From the human T2T-CHM13v2.0 reference genome, Homo sapiens, in the NCBI RefSeq assembly GCF_009914755.1, contig NC_060941.1: a stretch of 64,000 bases of DNA; one strand, written 5' to 3'. Below are positions 1 through 13,299 of this stretch, in pieces. Each line of letters starts with the position of its first letter. The stretch's first letter is position 1. The notes beneath the pieces were generated by a model. It saw nothing but the letters and a program-made list of their open reading frames with translations, was not told the origin of the DNA and made no database searches. The translations under genes were made by a program, and so were the position numbers.

Positions 1-2755
1 GACTCGAAAGGATTGGTCTCGAATGGTATTTATTCGAATAGAATGAGATCGAATGGAATGAAATAGTATGGAATGGAATTGAATGGAATGGAATCGAATG
101 GAATGGACCGGAATGGAATGGACTGGAGTAGAACAGACTGTAATGTAATGGATTGCAATGTAATTGAATCGAATGGAATGGAATCGAATGGAATGTAATC
201 AAATGAAATGGAATGTAATGGAATATAATGGAAGGCAATGGAATGGAATGGAGTGGAATCGATAGGAATGGAATCGAATAGAATGGAATCAAATGGAATG
301 GACTGGAATGGAATAGACTCTAATGGAATGGACTGGAACAAAATGGAATCGAACGGATTGGAATGGAACGGAACGGAAAGGAATAGAATGCAATGGAATG
401 GACTCGAATGGAATGCAGTCGAATGGAATGGAACCGAATGGAATGGAATTGAATGTAATCGAAAGAATAGAATGGAATGGAGTGTAATGGAAAGATAACG
501 AATGTAATGGAATGGAATGCACTCGAATGGAATGGACTGGAATGGAACGGACACAAATGGAATGGACTGGAGTGGAATGGACTTGAATGGAATGGAAAAG
601 AATGGAATGAAATGGAAAGGACTGGAATGGAAAGGAAAGGAATAGAATGGAATGAAATCGGATGGAAAGGAATGGAATGGAATGGAGTCGAATGCAATAG
701 AGTCAAATGAAATGGCATTGAATGGAATGGAAAGGAAAGGAATGGAATGGAATGGAAAGGAATAGAATGGAATGGAATGGAAAGGAATACAATGGAATGG
801 AATCGGATGGAACGGAACGGAAAAGAATGGAATCGAATGGAATAGAATCAAATGGAATGGCATCGAATGGAATGGAATGGAATGGAAAGGAATGGAATAG
901 AATGGACTCGAATGGAATGGATTCGAATGGAATAGCATAGGATGGAATGGCATTGAATGGAATGGAATGGACCCATATGTAATAGACTCGAATGGAATGG
1001 ACTCAAATAGAATGCACTCAAAAGGAATGGTCTCGAATGGAATTCATTCGAATAGAATGGAATTGAATGGAATACAATAGTATGGAATGGAATGGAATGG
1101 AATGGAATGGAATGGAATAGAATAGAATGGACTGGAATGAAATGGACTGGAATAGAACGGAGTCGAATGTACTGGATTACAAAGTAATTGATTCGAATCG
1201 AATGGAATCGAATGGAAAGTAACCAAATGGAATGGAATGGAATGCAATGTAATGGAATAGAATGGAATGCAATGCAATGGAATGGAGTGGAATTGAGTGG
1301 AATGGAATCGAATGGAATGGAATCGAATGGAATGGATCGGAATGGAATGGACTGGAATGGAATGGACTCGAAAGGAATGGACTGGAACAAAATGGAATAG
1401 AACGGATTGGAATGGAAAGGAATGGAATGGAATGGAGTGCAATGGAATGCACTCGAATGGAATGGAGTCGAATGGAATGGAACCGAATGGAATGGAATTG
1501 AATGGAATCGAAAAGAAGAGAATGGAATGGAATGTAATGAAAAGATATCGAATGTAATGGAATGGAATGGACTCGAATGGAATGGACTGGAAAGGAATGG
1601 AATCGAATGGAATGGACTGGAGTGGAATGGACTCGAATGGAATGGAAACGAATGGAATGGAATGGAAAATAATAGAATGGAAGGAAATTGGATGGAATGG
1701 AATGGAATGGAGTCAAATGGAAGAGAAACGAAAGGAATAGCATTGAGTGGAATGGAATGGAATGGAATGGACTCGAATGGAATGGAAACGAATGGAATGA
1801 AATAGAATGGAAAGGAATAGATGGGAATGGAATGGGTTGGAATGGAATTGAATGGAATGGAGTCGAATGGAATAAAATTGAATGGAACGGCATCAAATGG
1901 AATGGAACGGAATGGAATGGAGTTGAATGGAGTCGAATGGAATGGATTCGAATGGAATAGAACATAATAGAATGCCATCGAACGGATTGGAATGGAATGG
2001 AATGGACCCAAATGTAATGGACTCGAATGGATTGGACACAAATTGAATGCACTTGAAAGGAATGGTCTCGAATGGAATTTATTCGAACAGAATGGAATCG
2101 AATGGAATTCAATAGTATGGAATGGAATAGAAAGGAATGGAATCGAATGGACTGGACCAGAATGGAATGGACTGGAATACAATGGAGTCGAATGGAATGG
2201 ACTTCAATGTAATAGAATCGAATGGAATGGAATCGAATGGAATGGAATTGAATGGAATGTAATCAAATGGAATAGAATGGAATGCCATGGAATGGAATAG
2301 AATGGAATGCAATGGAATGGAATAGAAAGGAATGCAATGGAATGGAACAGAGTGGAATCGAGTGGAATGGAATTGAATGAAATGGAATCGAATGGAATGG
2401 AATCGATTGGAATGGACTGGAATGGAATTGAATCGAATGGAATGGATAGGAACGTAATGGAATGAAAAGGATTGGAATCGAACGGAACGGAATGGACTGG
2501 AATGGAATGGAATGAAATGCTATGGTCTCGAATGGAATGGAACTGAAAGGAATGGAATCGAACAGAATGGAATTGGATGGAATTGAAAGGAATAGAATGG
2601 AATGGAGTGTAATGGAAAGAAATGGAATGGAATGGAATGGACTCGAATGGAATGGACTGTAGTGGAATGGACTCGAGTGGAATGGAAACGAATGGAATGG
2701 AATGGAATGGAATGGAATAGAATGGAATGGAATCGGATGGAATGGAATGGAATGG

Positions 2756-2860
2756 AATGCATTCGAATGGAATAGAATCAAGTGTAATGGCATCAAAGGG
2801 AACGAAAAGGAATGCATTCAAATGGAATAGAATCAAGTGTAATGGCATCGAAGGGAATGC
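2756..2860 (+). repeat. 55-bp local tandem duplication
   Basis: AATGCATTC(G/A)AATGGAATAGAATCAAGTGTAATGGCATC(A/G)AAGGGAA starts at 2756 and 2811. Confidence 0.85.
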
Positions 2861-3300
2861 AATGGAATGGAATCGAACGGAACGGACTCGAATGGAATGG
2901 ACTCGAATGGAATAGAATGGAATGGAATGGCATCGAATGGAAAGGAAAGGAATGGAAAGGAAGGAAACGGAATGGAATCGGATGGAATGGAATCAAAAGT
3001 AATGGAGTCAAATGGAATAGAATCAAATGGAATGGCATCGAATGGACTGGAATGGAATGAACTAAAATGGAATGGACTCGAATGGAATAGAATAGAATGG
3101 AATGGCATCGAAAGGAATGGAATGAAATGGATTGGAATGTAAAGGAATGGATTGGACCCAAATGAAAAGGACACAAATGGAATGGACTCAAGTAGAATGG
3201 AGTCGAAAGGAATGGTCTCGAATGGAATTTATTGAAATACAATGGAATCGAATGGAATGCAATTGTATGGAATGGAATCGAATGGAATGGAATCAAATGG

Positions 3301-3710
3301 AATGAACCAGAATGGAATGGACTGGAATAGAACCGACTCGAATGTAATGGATTGCAATGTAATTGATTTCAAAAGAATGGATTCAAATGGAATGTAATCA
3401 AATGGAATGGAATGATATGCAATGGAATGGAATAGAATGGAATGCAATAAAAAGGAACGGCATGGAATCGAGTGGAATGGGATCGAATGGAATGGAATCG
3501 TATGGAATGGAATCGAATGGAATGGACCAGAATGGAATGGACTGGAATAGAACCGACTAGAATGTAATGGATTGCAATGAAATTGATTTGAATGGAATGG
3601 ATTCAAATGGAATGAAATCAAATGGATTGGAATGGTATGCAATGCAATGGAATAGAATGGAATGCAATAAAGGGGAACGGAGTGGAATCGAGTGGAGTGG
3701 AATCGAGTGT
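3301..3710 (+). repeat. ~220-bp diverged tandem duplication
   Basis: Rare variants AACCGACT (3331, 3551), ATTCAAATGG (3381, 3601), TATGC and GCAATAAA recur at a 220-bp offset. Confidence 0.8.
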
Positions 3711-3870
3711 AATGGAATCGAATGGAATGGAATTGTATGGAATGTTATCGAATGGCATGGACTGGAATCGAATGGAATGTAACTGAATGGAATGGAATCG
3801 AATGGAATGGAATTTTATGGAATGTTATCGAATGGCATGGACTGGAATCGAATGGAATGTAACTGAATGG
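3711..3870 (+). repeat. 80-bp near-perfect tandem duplication
   Basis: 3711-3790 and 3791-3870 are identical except AATTGTATGG/AATTTTATGG; both carry rare AATGTTATCG and AACTGAATGG. Confidence 0.93.
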
Positions 3871-4030
3871 AATGGAATCGAATGGCATGGACTGGAATGG
3901 AATGGACTCGAATGGAATGGACTGGAACAAAATGGAATTGAACAGATTGGAATCGAATGGAACTGAATGGAATGGAACGGATTTGAATGGACACGAATGG
4001 AATGGAGTCGAATGGAAAGGAACCGAATGG

Positions 4031-4200
4031 AATGGAATTGAATGGAAGCGAAAGGAATAGAATGGAATGGAGTGTAATGGAAAGATATCAAATGGAATGG
4101 AATGGACTCGAATGGAATGGAATTGAATAGAAGCGAAAGGAATAGAATGGAATGGAGTGTAATGGAAAGATATCAAATGGAATGGAATGGACTCGAATGG
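4031..4200 (+). repeat. 85-bp near-perfect tandem duplication
   Basis: AAGCGAAAGG...AAAGATATCAAATGG...ACTCG starts at 4046 and 4131; one mismatch seen. Confidence 0.9.
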
Positions 4201-7200
4201 AATGGAGTCGAAAGGAATGAAATCAAATGGAATGGAATCGAATGGAATGGAATTGAATGGAATAGAAAGCAATAGAATCGAATGCAGTGTAATGGAAAGA
4301 TATGGAATAGAAAGGAATGGAACGGAACGGACTCGAATGGAATGGACTGGAATGGAATGGACTGGGGAGGATTGGACTCGAATGGAAAGAAAATGAATGG
4401 AATGGAATGAAATGGAAAGGAATGGAATAGAATGGAATGGAATTGGATGGAATGGAATGGAATGGAATGCAGTCGAATGGAATAGAATCGAATGGAATGG
4501 CATCAGATGGAATGGAATGGAATGGACTCGAATGGAATGTACTCGAATGGAGCAGAATCGAATGGAATGGCATCGAATGGATTGGAATGGAATGGTATGG
4601 AACCAAACGTAATGGACTCGAATGGAATGGACTCAAATAGAATGGACTCGAGAGGAATGGTCTCGAATGGAATTTATTCGAATAGAATGGAATCGAATGG
4701 AATGCAATAGTATGGAATGGAATCGAAAGAACTGTAATCGAATGGAATGGACCGGAATGGATTGGAGTGGAATAGAACAGGCTCAAATGTAACAGAATGT
4801 AATGTAATTGATTTGAAAGGAATGGAAACGAATGTAATGTAATCAAATGGAATGGAATGGAATGCAATGGAATGGAATAGAATGGAATGCAATGCAAAGG
4901 AACGGAGTGGAATCTAGTGGAATGGAATCGAATGGAATGAAATCGAATGGAATGGAATTGAATGGAATGGACTGAAATGGAATGGACTCAAATGGATTGG
5001 ACTGGAACAAAATGGAATCAATCGGATTGGAATCGAACAGAACGTAATGGAATGGAGTGGAATGGACTCGATTGGAACGGAGTATAATGGAATGGAACCA
5101 AATGGAATTGAATCGAAATAATGGAAGTGAATGGAATAGAAATGGATAGAATGGAATGGAGTGAAATGAAAAGATATCGAATGGAAAGGAATGGAATGGA
5201 ATGGACTCGAATGGAAAGGACTGGAATGGAATGGACAGGAGTTGAATGGACTCGAATGGAATAGAAAGGAGTGCGATGGAATGGAATGAAATGGAATGGG
5301 AAGGAATAGAATGGAATGGAATGGAATGGAGTCGAATGGAATAGAATCGAATGGAATGGCATCGAATATAATGGAATGGAACGGAATTTAATTGAATGGA
5401 ATGGACTCAAATGGAATAGAATTGAATGAAATGGCATCGAATGGAATGAAATGGACTCAAATGTAATGGACTCGAACGGATTAGACACAAATAGAATGGA
5501 CTAGAAAGGAATGGTCTCGAATGGAATTTATTCAAATAGAATGGAATCGAATGTAATGCAATAGTATGGAATGGAATGGAATGGAATTGACCGGAATGGA
5601 ATGGAATGGAATAGAACGGACTTGAACGTAATGGAATGCAATGCAATTGATTTGAAAGGGATGGAATCCAATGGAATGTAATCAAATGGAATGGAAAGGC
5701 ATACAGTGGAATGGAATAGAATGGAATGCAATGGAATGGAATCGAGCGGAATAGAGTGGAATGGAATCGAATATAATGGAATCGAATGGAATGGAATCGA
5801 ATGGAATTGACTGGAATGGAATGGACTCGAAAGGAATGGACTGGAACAAAATGGAATCGAATGGATTGGACTCGAACGCAATGGAACGGAATGGAATGGA
5901 AGAGAATGGACTGGAATGGAATGGAGTCAAATGGAATGGAACGGAATGGAATGGAATTGAATGGAATTGAAAGGAATAGAATGGAATGGAGAGTCTTGGA
6001 AAGATATCGAATGGAATGGAATGTAATGGAATGGACTCGAATGGAATGTACTGGAGTGCAGTCGACTCGAATGGAATGGATTGGAGTGGAATGGAATAGA
6101 ATGGAATGGAAAAGAATGGAATGGAATGGAAAGGAAAAGAATGGAATGGAATCAGATGCAACGGAATGGAATGGAATGGAGTGGAATCGAATGGAATGGA
6201 ATCGAATTGAATGGACTGCAATGGAATGGACTCGAATGTAATGGACTGAACAAAATGGAATCAAACAGATTGGAATCGTACAGAACGGAATGCAATGGAA
6301 TGGAAGAGAATGGACTTGAATGGAATGGAGTCGAATGGAATGGAACTGAATGGAATTGAATTGAATGGAATTGAAAAGAATAGAATAGAATGGAATGTCA
6401 TGGAAAGATACTGAATGGAATGGAATGGACTCGAATGGAATGGACTGGAGTGGAATAGACACGAATGAAATGGAAACAAAAGAAATGGAATGGATAGGAG
6501 TAGAATGGAATGGAATCGGATGGAACGGAATGGAATGGAATAGACTCGAATGGAATAGAATAGAATGGAATTGCATCAAATGGAATGGAAGGGAATGTAA
6601 TGGAGTCAAGTGGAATGGACTCTAATGGAATAGAGTCGAATGGAATGGCATCGAATGGAATGGAAAGGAATGGAATGGAATGGACCCAAATGTAAAGGAA
6701 TCGAATGGAATGGACTCAAATAGAGTGGATTCAAAAGGAATGGTCTCGAATAGAATTTATTCGAATAGAATGGAATCAAAAGGAATGCAATAGTATGGAA
6801 TGGGATCAAGTGGAATGGAATCGAATGGAATCGACTGGAATGGAATGGACTGGAATAGAAAGGACTCGCATGTAATGGATTGAAATGTAATTGATTCAAA
6901 CTCCTTGGAATCGAATGGAATGTAATCAAATGGAATTGAATGGAATGCAATGGAATGGAATGGAATAGAATGGAATGCAATGGAATAGAACAGAGTGGAA
7001 TCGAGTGGAATGGAATCGAATGGAATGGATTCGAATGGAATGGAATTGAATGGAAAAAACTGGCATGGAATGGACTCAAAAGGAAAGGACTGGAACAAAA
7101 TGGAATCGAACGGTTTGGAATTGAACGGAATGGAATGGAATGGAATGGATTCGAATGGAATGGAGTTGAATGGAATTCAATCGAATGGAATGGAATCGTA

Positions 7201-7710
7201 CAGAATGGAATTGAATGGAATCAAAAGGAAAAGAATGGAATGGAGTTTAACAGAAAGATATCGAATGGAATGGAGTGAAATGGAATGGAGTCGAATGGAA
7301 TGGACTCGAATGGAAGGGACTGGAATGGAATCGACTCGAATGGAATACACTGGAGTGGAATGGACTTTAACGGAATGGAAACGAATGGAATGGAATGGAA
7401 TGGAAAGTAACGGAATGGAAAAGATTATAATGGAATGAAATAGGATGGAACAGAATGGAATGGAATGGAGTTGAATGGGATAGAATCCAATCGAATGGAA
7501 TCGAATGGCATGGAATGGAATGGAATGGAATGGACTCTAATGGAATGGACTCAAATGGAATAGAATCGAATAGAATGGCATCGAATGGAATGGAATGGAA
7601 TAGAATGGAATGGAATGGACCCAAATGTAATGGACTCGAAAGGAATGGACTCAAATAGAAGGGACATGAAAGGAATGGTCTTTAATAGAAATTTTTCGAA
7701 CAGAATGGAA

Positions 7711-7770
7711 TCAAATGGAGTGCAATAGTATGGAGTGGAATCGAATGGAGTGCAATAGTATGGAAAGGAA
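7711..7770 (+). repeat. 30-bp tandem duplication
   Basis: TC(A/G)AATGGAGTGCAATAGTATGGA at 7711 and 7741. Confidence 0.85.
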
Positions 7771-10700
7771 TCAAATGGAATGGAATCGAATGGAATGGAC
7801 CGGAACAGAATGGACGGGAATGGAATGGACTCGAATGTAATGGATTGCAATGTAATTGATTCGAATGGAAAGGAATCGAATGGAATGTAATCAGATGAAA
7901 AGGAATGGAATGCAATGGAATGGAATAGAAAGGAATGCAATGGAGTGGAACGGAGTGGAATCGAGTGGAATGGAATGGAATGGAAAGGAATGGAAAGGAA
8001 TGCAATTGAATTGAATGGAATGGAATTGGATGGAACAGAACAGAATTGAATGGAGACGAATGGAAGAGAATCCAATGGAATGGCATCGAATGGAATGGAA
8101 TGGAATGGAATGGAATGGACCAAAATGTAATGGACTCTAATGGAATGGACTTAGAATGGACTCAAAAGTAATGGTCTCGAATGGAATTTATTCAAATAGA
8201 ATGGAATCAAATCAAATGCAATAGTATGGAATGGAATCGAATGGAATGTAATCAAATGGAATGGACCAGAATGGAATGGAATGGAAAAGAACGGACATGA
8301 ATGTAATGGACTGCAATCTAACTGATTCGAAAGAATGGAATCGAAAGGAATGTAATCAAATGTAATGGAATGGAATGCAATGGAATAAAATAGAAAGGAA
8401 GGCAATGGAATGGAACGGATTGGAATCGAGTGGAATGGAATTGAATGGAATAGAATCGAAGAGAATGGACTGGAATGGAATGGAAATGAATGGAATGGAC
8501 TGGAACAAAATGCTATCGAAGGGATTGGAATCAAACGGAATGGAATGGAATGCAATGGAATGGAATGGACTCGATTGGAATGGAGTCGAATGGAATGGAA
8601 TCAAATGGAACGGAAACTAATTGAATGGAATTGAATGCAATTGAAAGGAATAGAATGGAATGGATTGTAATGGAAAGACATCGAATGGAATGGACTCGAA
8701 TGGAATGGAGTGGAATGGAATGGACTAGAACAGAATGGACTGCACGGGAATGGACTGGAATGGAATGGAAACGAAAGGAATGGAATGGAATGGAAAGGAA
8801 TAGAATCGTATGGAATCGGATGGAACGGAATGGAATGGAATGGTGTCGAATGGAATAGAATCGAATGGAAAGGCATTGAATGGAATGGAATGGAATGGAC
8901 TCAAAAGGAATGGTCTCGCATGTAATTTATTTGAATAGAATGGAATCGAATGGAATGCAATGGTATGGAATGGATTCGAATGGAATGGAAAGGAATGGAA
9001 TGGACTGGAATAGAATGGACTCGAATGTAATGGATTGCAATGCAATTGACTCGAATGGAAAGGAATAGAATAGAATGGAATGGCATGGAATGGAATGGAA
9101 TGCAATGGATTGGAATAGAATGGAAAGCAATGGAAAGGAACAGAGTGGAATCAAGTGGAATGGAATCGAATGGAATGGAATCAAACGGAATGGAATCGAA
9201 TGGAATGGACTCGAATGGAATGAACTGGAACAAAATGGAATTGAACGGATTGGAATCGAAAAAAACGGAAGGGAATGGAATGGGATGGAATGGACCCTAA
9301 TGGAATGGAGTTGAATGGAATGGAATCGATTGGAATGGAATCGAATGGAATGGAATTGAATGGAATTGAAAGTAATATAATGGAATAGATTCTAATGGAA
9401 AAAAATGGAATGGAATGGACTCGAATGCAATGTACTGGAATTGAATGGAATGGACTGGAGTGGAATTGACTCGAATGGAATGGTAACAAATGGAATGGAA
9501 TGGATCGGAATGGAATGGAATGGAATAGAATGGAATGGAATCAGATGGAACGGAATGGATTGGAATTGAGTCGAATGGAATAGAATCAAATGAAATGGAC
9601 TCGAATGGAATGGAATTGAATGGAATAGAATCGAATGGAATGGCATCAAAAGGAATGGAATGGAATTGAATGGAATGGACCCAAATTTAATGGAATCGAA
9701 TGGCTTGGATTCAAATAGAATGGACTTGAAAGGAATGGTCTCGAATGGAATTTATTCAAATAGAATGGAATTGAACGGAATGCAATAGTATGTAATGGAA
9801 TCGAATGGAATGGAATCGAATGGAATTGACTGGAATGGAATGGATTGGAATAGAACGGACTTGAATGTAATGGATTGCAATGTAATTGATACGAATGGAA
9901 TGGCATCGAAGGGAATGTAATCAAATGGAATGGAATGGAGTGCAATTGAATTGAAATTAATGGAATGCAATGGAATGGAATAGAATGGAATGCAATGGAG
10001 TGGAATATAATGGAATGCAATGGAATGGAATCGAGTGGAATGGAATCGAAAGGAATAGAAATGAATGTAATGGACTGGACTGGAATGGACTGGAATGGAA
10101 CGGACTCGAAAGGAATTTAGTAGAATGTAATGGAACCCAATGGAATGGAATTGAATTGATACAAAAGGAATAGAATGGAATGGAGTGTAATGGAAAGACA
10201 TCGAATGGAATAGAATGGAATGGAAAAGACTCGAATGGAATGCACTGGAATGGAAGGGACTCGAATGGAATGGACTGGAGTGGAATGGACTCGAATGGAA
10301 TGGAAACGAATAGAATGGAATGGAAAGGAATGGAATGGAGTGGAAAGTAACAGAATTGAATGGAATCGGATGAAACGGAATGGCATAGAATGGAGTCGAA
10401 TGGAATAGAACCGAAAGGAATGGCATCGAATGGAATGGAATATAAGGGAATGGAATGGACTCAAATGGAATGGACACTAATGGAATAGAATCGAAAGGAA
10501 TGGAATTGAATGGAATGGAATGGAGTGGAATGGAATGGACCCAAATGTAGTGGACACAAATGGAACGGACTCAAATAGAATGGACTCGAAAGGAATGGTC
10601 TCGAATGGAATTTATACGCATAGAATGGAATCGGATGGAATGCAATTGTATGGAATGGAATAGAATGGAATGGAATCGAATGGAATGGACCAGAGTGGAA

Positions 10701-12270
10701 TGGACTGGAATAGAATGGACTCGAAAGTAATGCATTGCAATGTAATTGATTTGAATGGAATGAAATCGAATGTAATGTAATGTAATGGAATGGAATGCAT
10801 TGGAATGGAAAGCAATGCAATGAAATGGAATAGAATGGAATGAAACGAAATGGAATGGAGTGCAAGCCAATGGAATCGAATTGAATGAAATGGAATCGAA
10901 TGCAATGGAATCGAATGGCATGGAATGGAATCGAATGGACTCGAATGTAATGGAGTGGAAAAAATGGAATCAAACGGATTGGAATTGACTCTAACGGAGT
11001 GGAATGGAATGGAAGAGAATGGACTCGAAGGGAATGGAGTCGAAAGGAATGGAACGGAATAGAATGAAATTGAATGGAATTGAAAGGAATAGAATGGAAG
11101 GGAGTATCATGGAAAGATAACGAATGGAATGGAATCGAATGGACTCGAATGGAATGGACTTTAATGGAGGGGACTCGAATGGAAAGGATTGGAGTGGAAT
11201 GGACTCGAAAGGAATGGACTGGAGTGGAATGGACTCGAATGGAATGGAAACGAATGGAATGGAATGGAATGGACTGGAACGGAAAGGAATAGAATGGAAT
11301 GCAATCGGACGGAACGGAATGGATTGGAATGGAGTCAAATGGAATAGAATCAAATATAATGGCATTGAGTGGAATGCAATAGAATGGAATCAAAAGGTAT
11401 GGTATGAAATGTACTCGAATGGAATGGACTCGAATGGAATAGAATCAAAAGGAATGGCATCGCAAGGAAAGGAAAGAAATGGAATGAAATGGAAAGGAAT
11501 AGAATGGAATGGAATCGGATGGAATGGAATGGAAAGGAATGGAATGGAGTCGAATGGAAGAGAATCGAATGAAAAGTCGTTGAATGGAATGGAGTGGAAT
11601 GGAATAGAATGGACTCGAATGGAATGGACTCTAATGGAATAGAATCAAATGGAATGGCATCGAATGGAATGGAATGGAGTGGAATGTACTCGATTGGCAT
11701 GGAGTCGAATGGATTGGAATCGAATGGAATGGACTCGAATGGAATTGAATGGAATGGAATGGCATCGAATGAAATGGAATGGAATGGAATGGAATTGAAT
11801 GTACCGAAATGTAATGGAATTGAAAGGAATGGAATCAAATAGAATGGACCCGAAAGGAGTGGTCTCGAATGGAATTTATTTGAATAGAATGGAGTCAAAT
11901 GGAATGCAATAGTATGGAATGGAATCGAATGGAATGGAATCGAATGGAATGAACCGTAATGGATTGGACTGGAATAGAAAAGACTTGAATGTAATGAATT
12001 GCAATGTAGCTGTTTCGAATGGAATGGAAGCGAATGGAAGGTAATCAAATGGGATGGAATGGAATCCAATGGAATGGAGTAGAATGGAATTCAATGGAAA
12101 GGAACGGAGTGGACTCGAGTGGAATGGAATCGAAAGAAATGGAATTGAAAGGAATGGAATCGAATGGAATGGACTGCAGTTGAATGGACTCGAATGAAAT
12201 GGACTGGAACAAAATGGAATCAAACGGATTGGAATTGATCGGAACGGAATGGAATGGAATGGAATGCGAT

Positions 12271-12424
12271 GGAAAGGAGTAGAATGGAATGGAATCAGAT
12301 GGAAAGGAATGGAATGGAATAGAGTTGAATGGAATAGAATCGAATGGAAAGGAATAGAATGGAATGGAATCAGATGGAAAGGAATGGAATGGAATAGAGT
12401 TGAATGGAATAGAATCGAATGGAA
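12271..12424 (+). repeat. 75-bp near-perfect tandem duplication
   Basis: CAGATGGAAAGGAATGGAATGGAATAGAGTTGAATGGAATAGAATCGAATGGAA at 12296 and 12371. Confidence 0.9.
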
Positions 12425-13299
12425 TGGCATCAAATGGAATGTAATGGAATGGAATGGTATGGACTCGAATGGAATTGACTCGAATTGAATAGAATAGAAT
12501 GGAATAGTATCGAATGTAATGTAATGTAATGAAATTGAAAGGAATGGAACCAAATGTAATTGACTCGAATGGAATGGACTCAAATAGAATGGACTCAAAA
12601 GAACAGTCTCGCATGGAATATATTCGAATAGAATGGAATCGAACGGACTGCAATAGTATGCAATTGAATAGAATGGAATGGAATCAAATGGAATTGACCG
12701 GAATGGAATGGACTGGAATAGAACGGACATGAATGTAATGGATTGCAATGTAATTGATTTGAATGGAATGGATTCAAAGGGAATACAATCAGATGGAATG
12801 GAATGGTATGCAATGTTATGGAATAGAATGGAATGCATTAAAATGGAACGGAGTGGAATTGAGTGGAATGGAATCTAATGGAATGGAATCGAATGGAATG
12901 AATTGTAATGGAATGGACACGAATGGACTGGACTGGAACAAAATGGAATCGAATGCACTGGAATCAAACGGAACAGAATGGAATAGAATGGAAAGGAATG
13001 GAATCGAATGGAATGGAGTCAAATGGAATGTAATCGAATGGAATGGAATCAAATGGAATAGAATTGAATGGAATTGAAAGGAATAGAATGGAATGGAGTG
13101 CAATGGAATGATATAGAATTTAATGGAATGGAATGGAATGGAATCGAAAGGAATGGATTCGAATGGAATGGAATAGAATGGAATGGAATTGAATAGAATC
13201 GAAAGGAATAGAATGGAATGGAGTGAAATGGAATGATATCGAATGGAAAGGAATGGAATGGGATGGACTCGAATGGAATGGATTGGAATGGAATGGACT

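Noticed and set aside
4835-4845. DUX4-like site TAATGTAATCA (also TAATGGAATCA near 39717 and 40658)
   Set aside because: Only one or two substitutions from common array sequence and sporadic, so expected by chance. There is no support for function.
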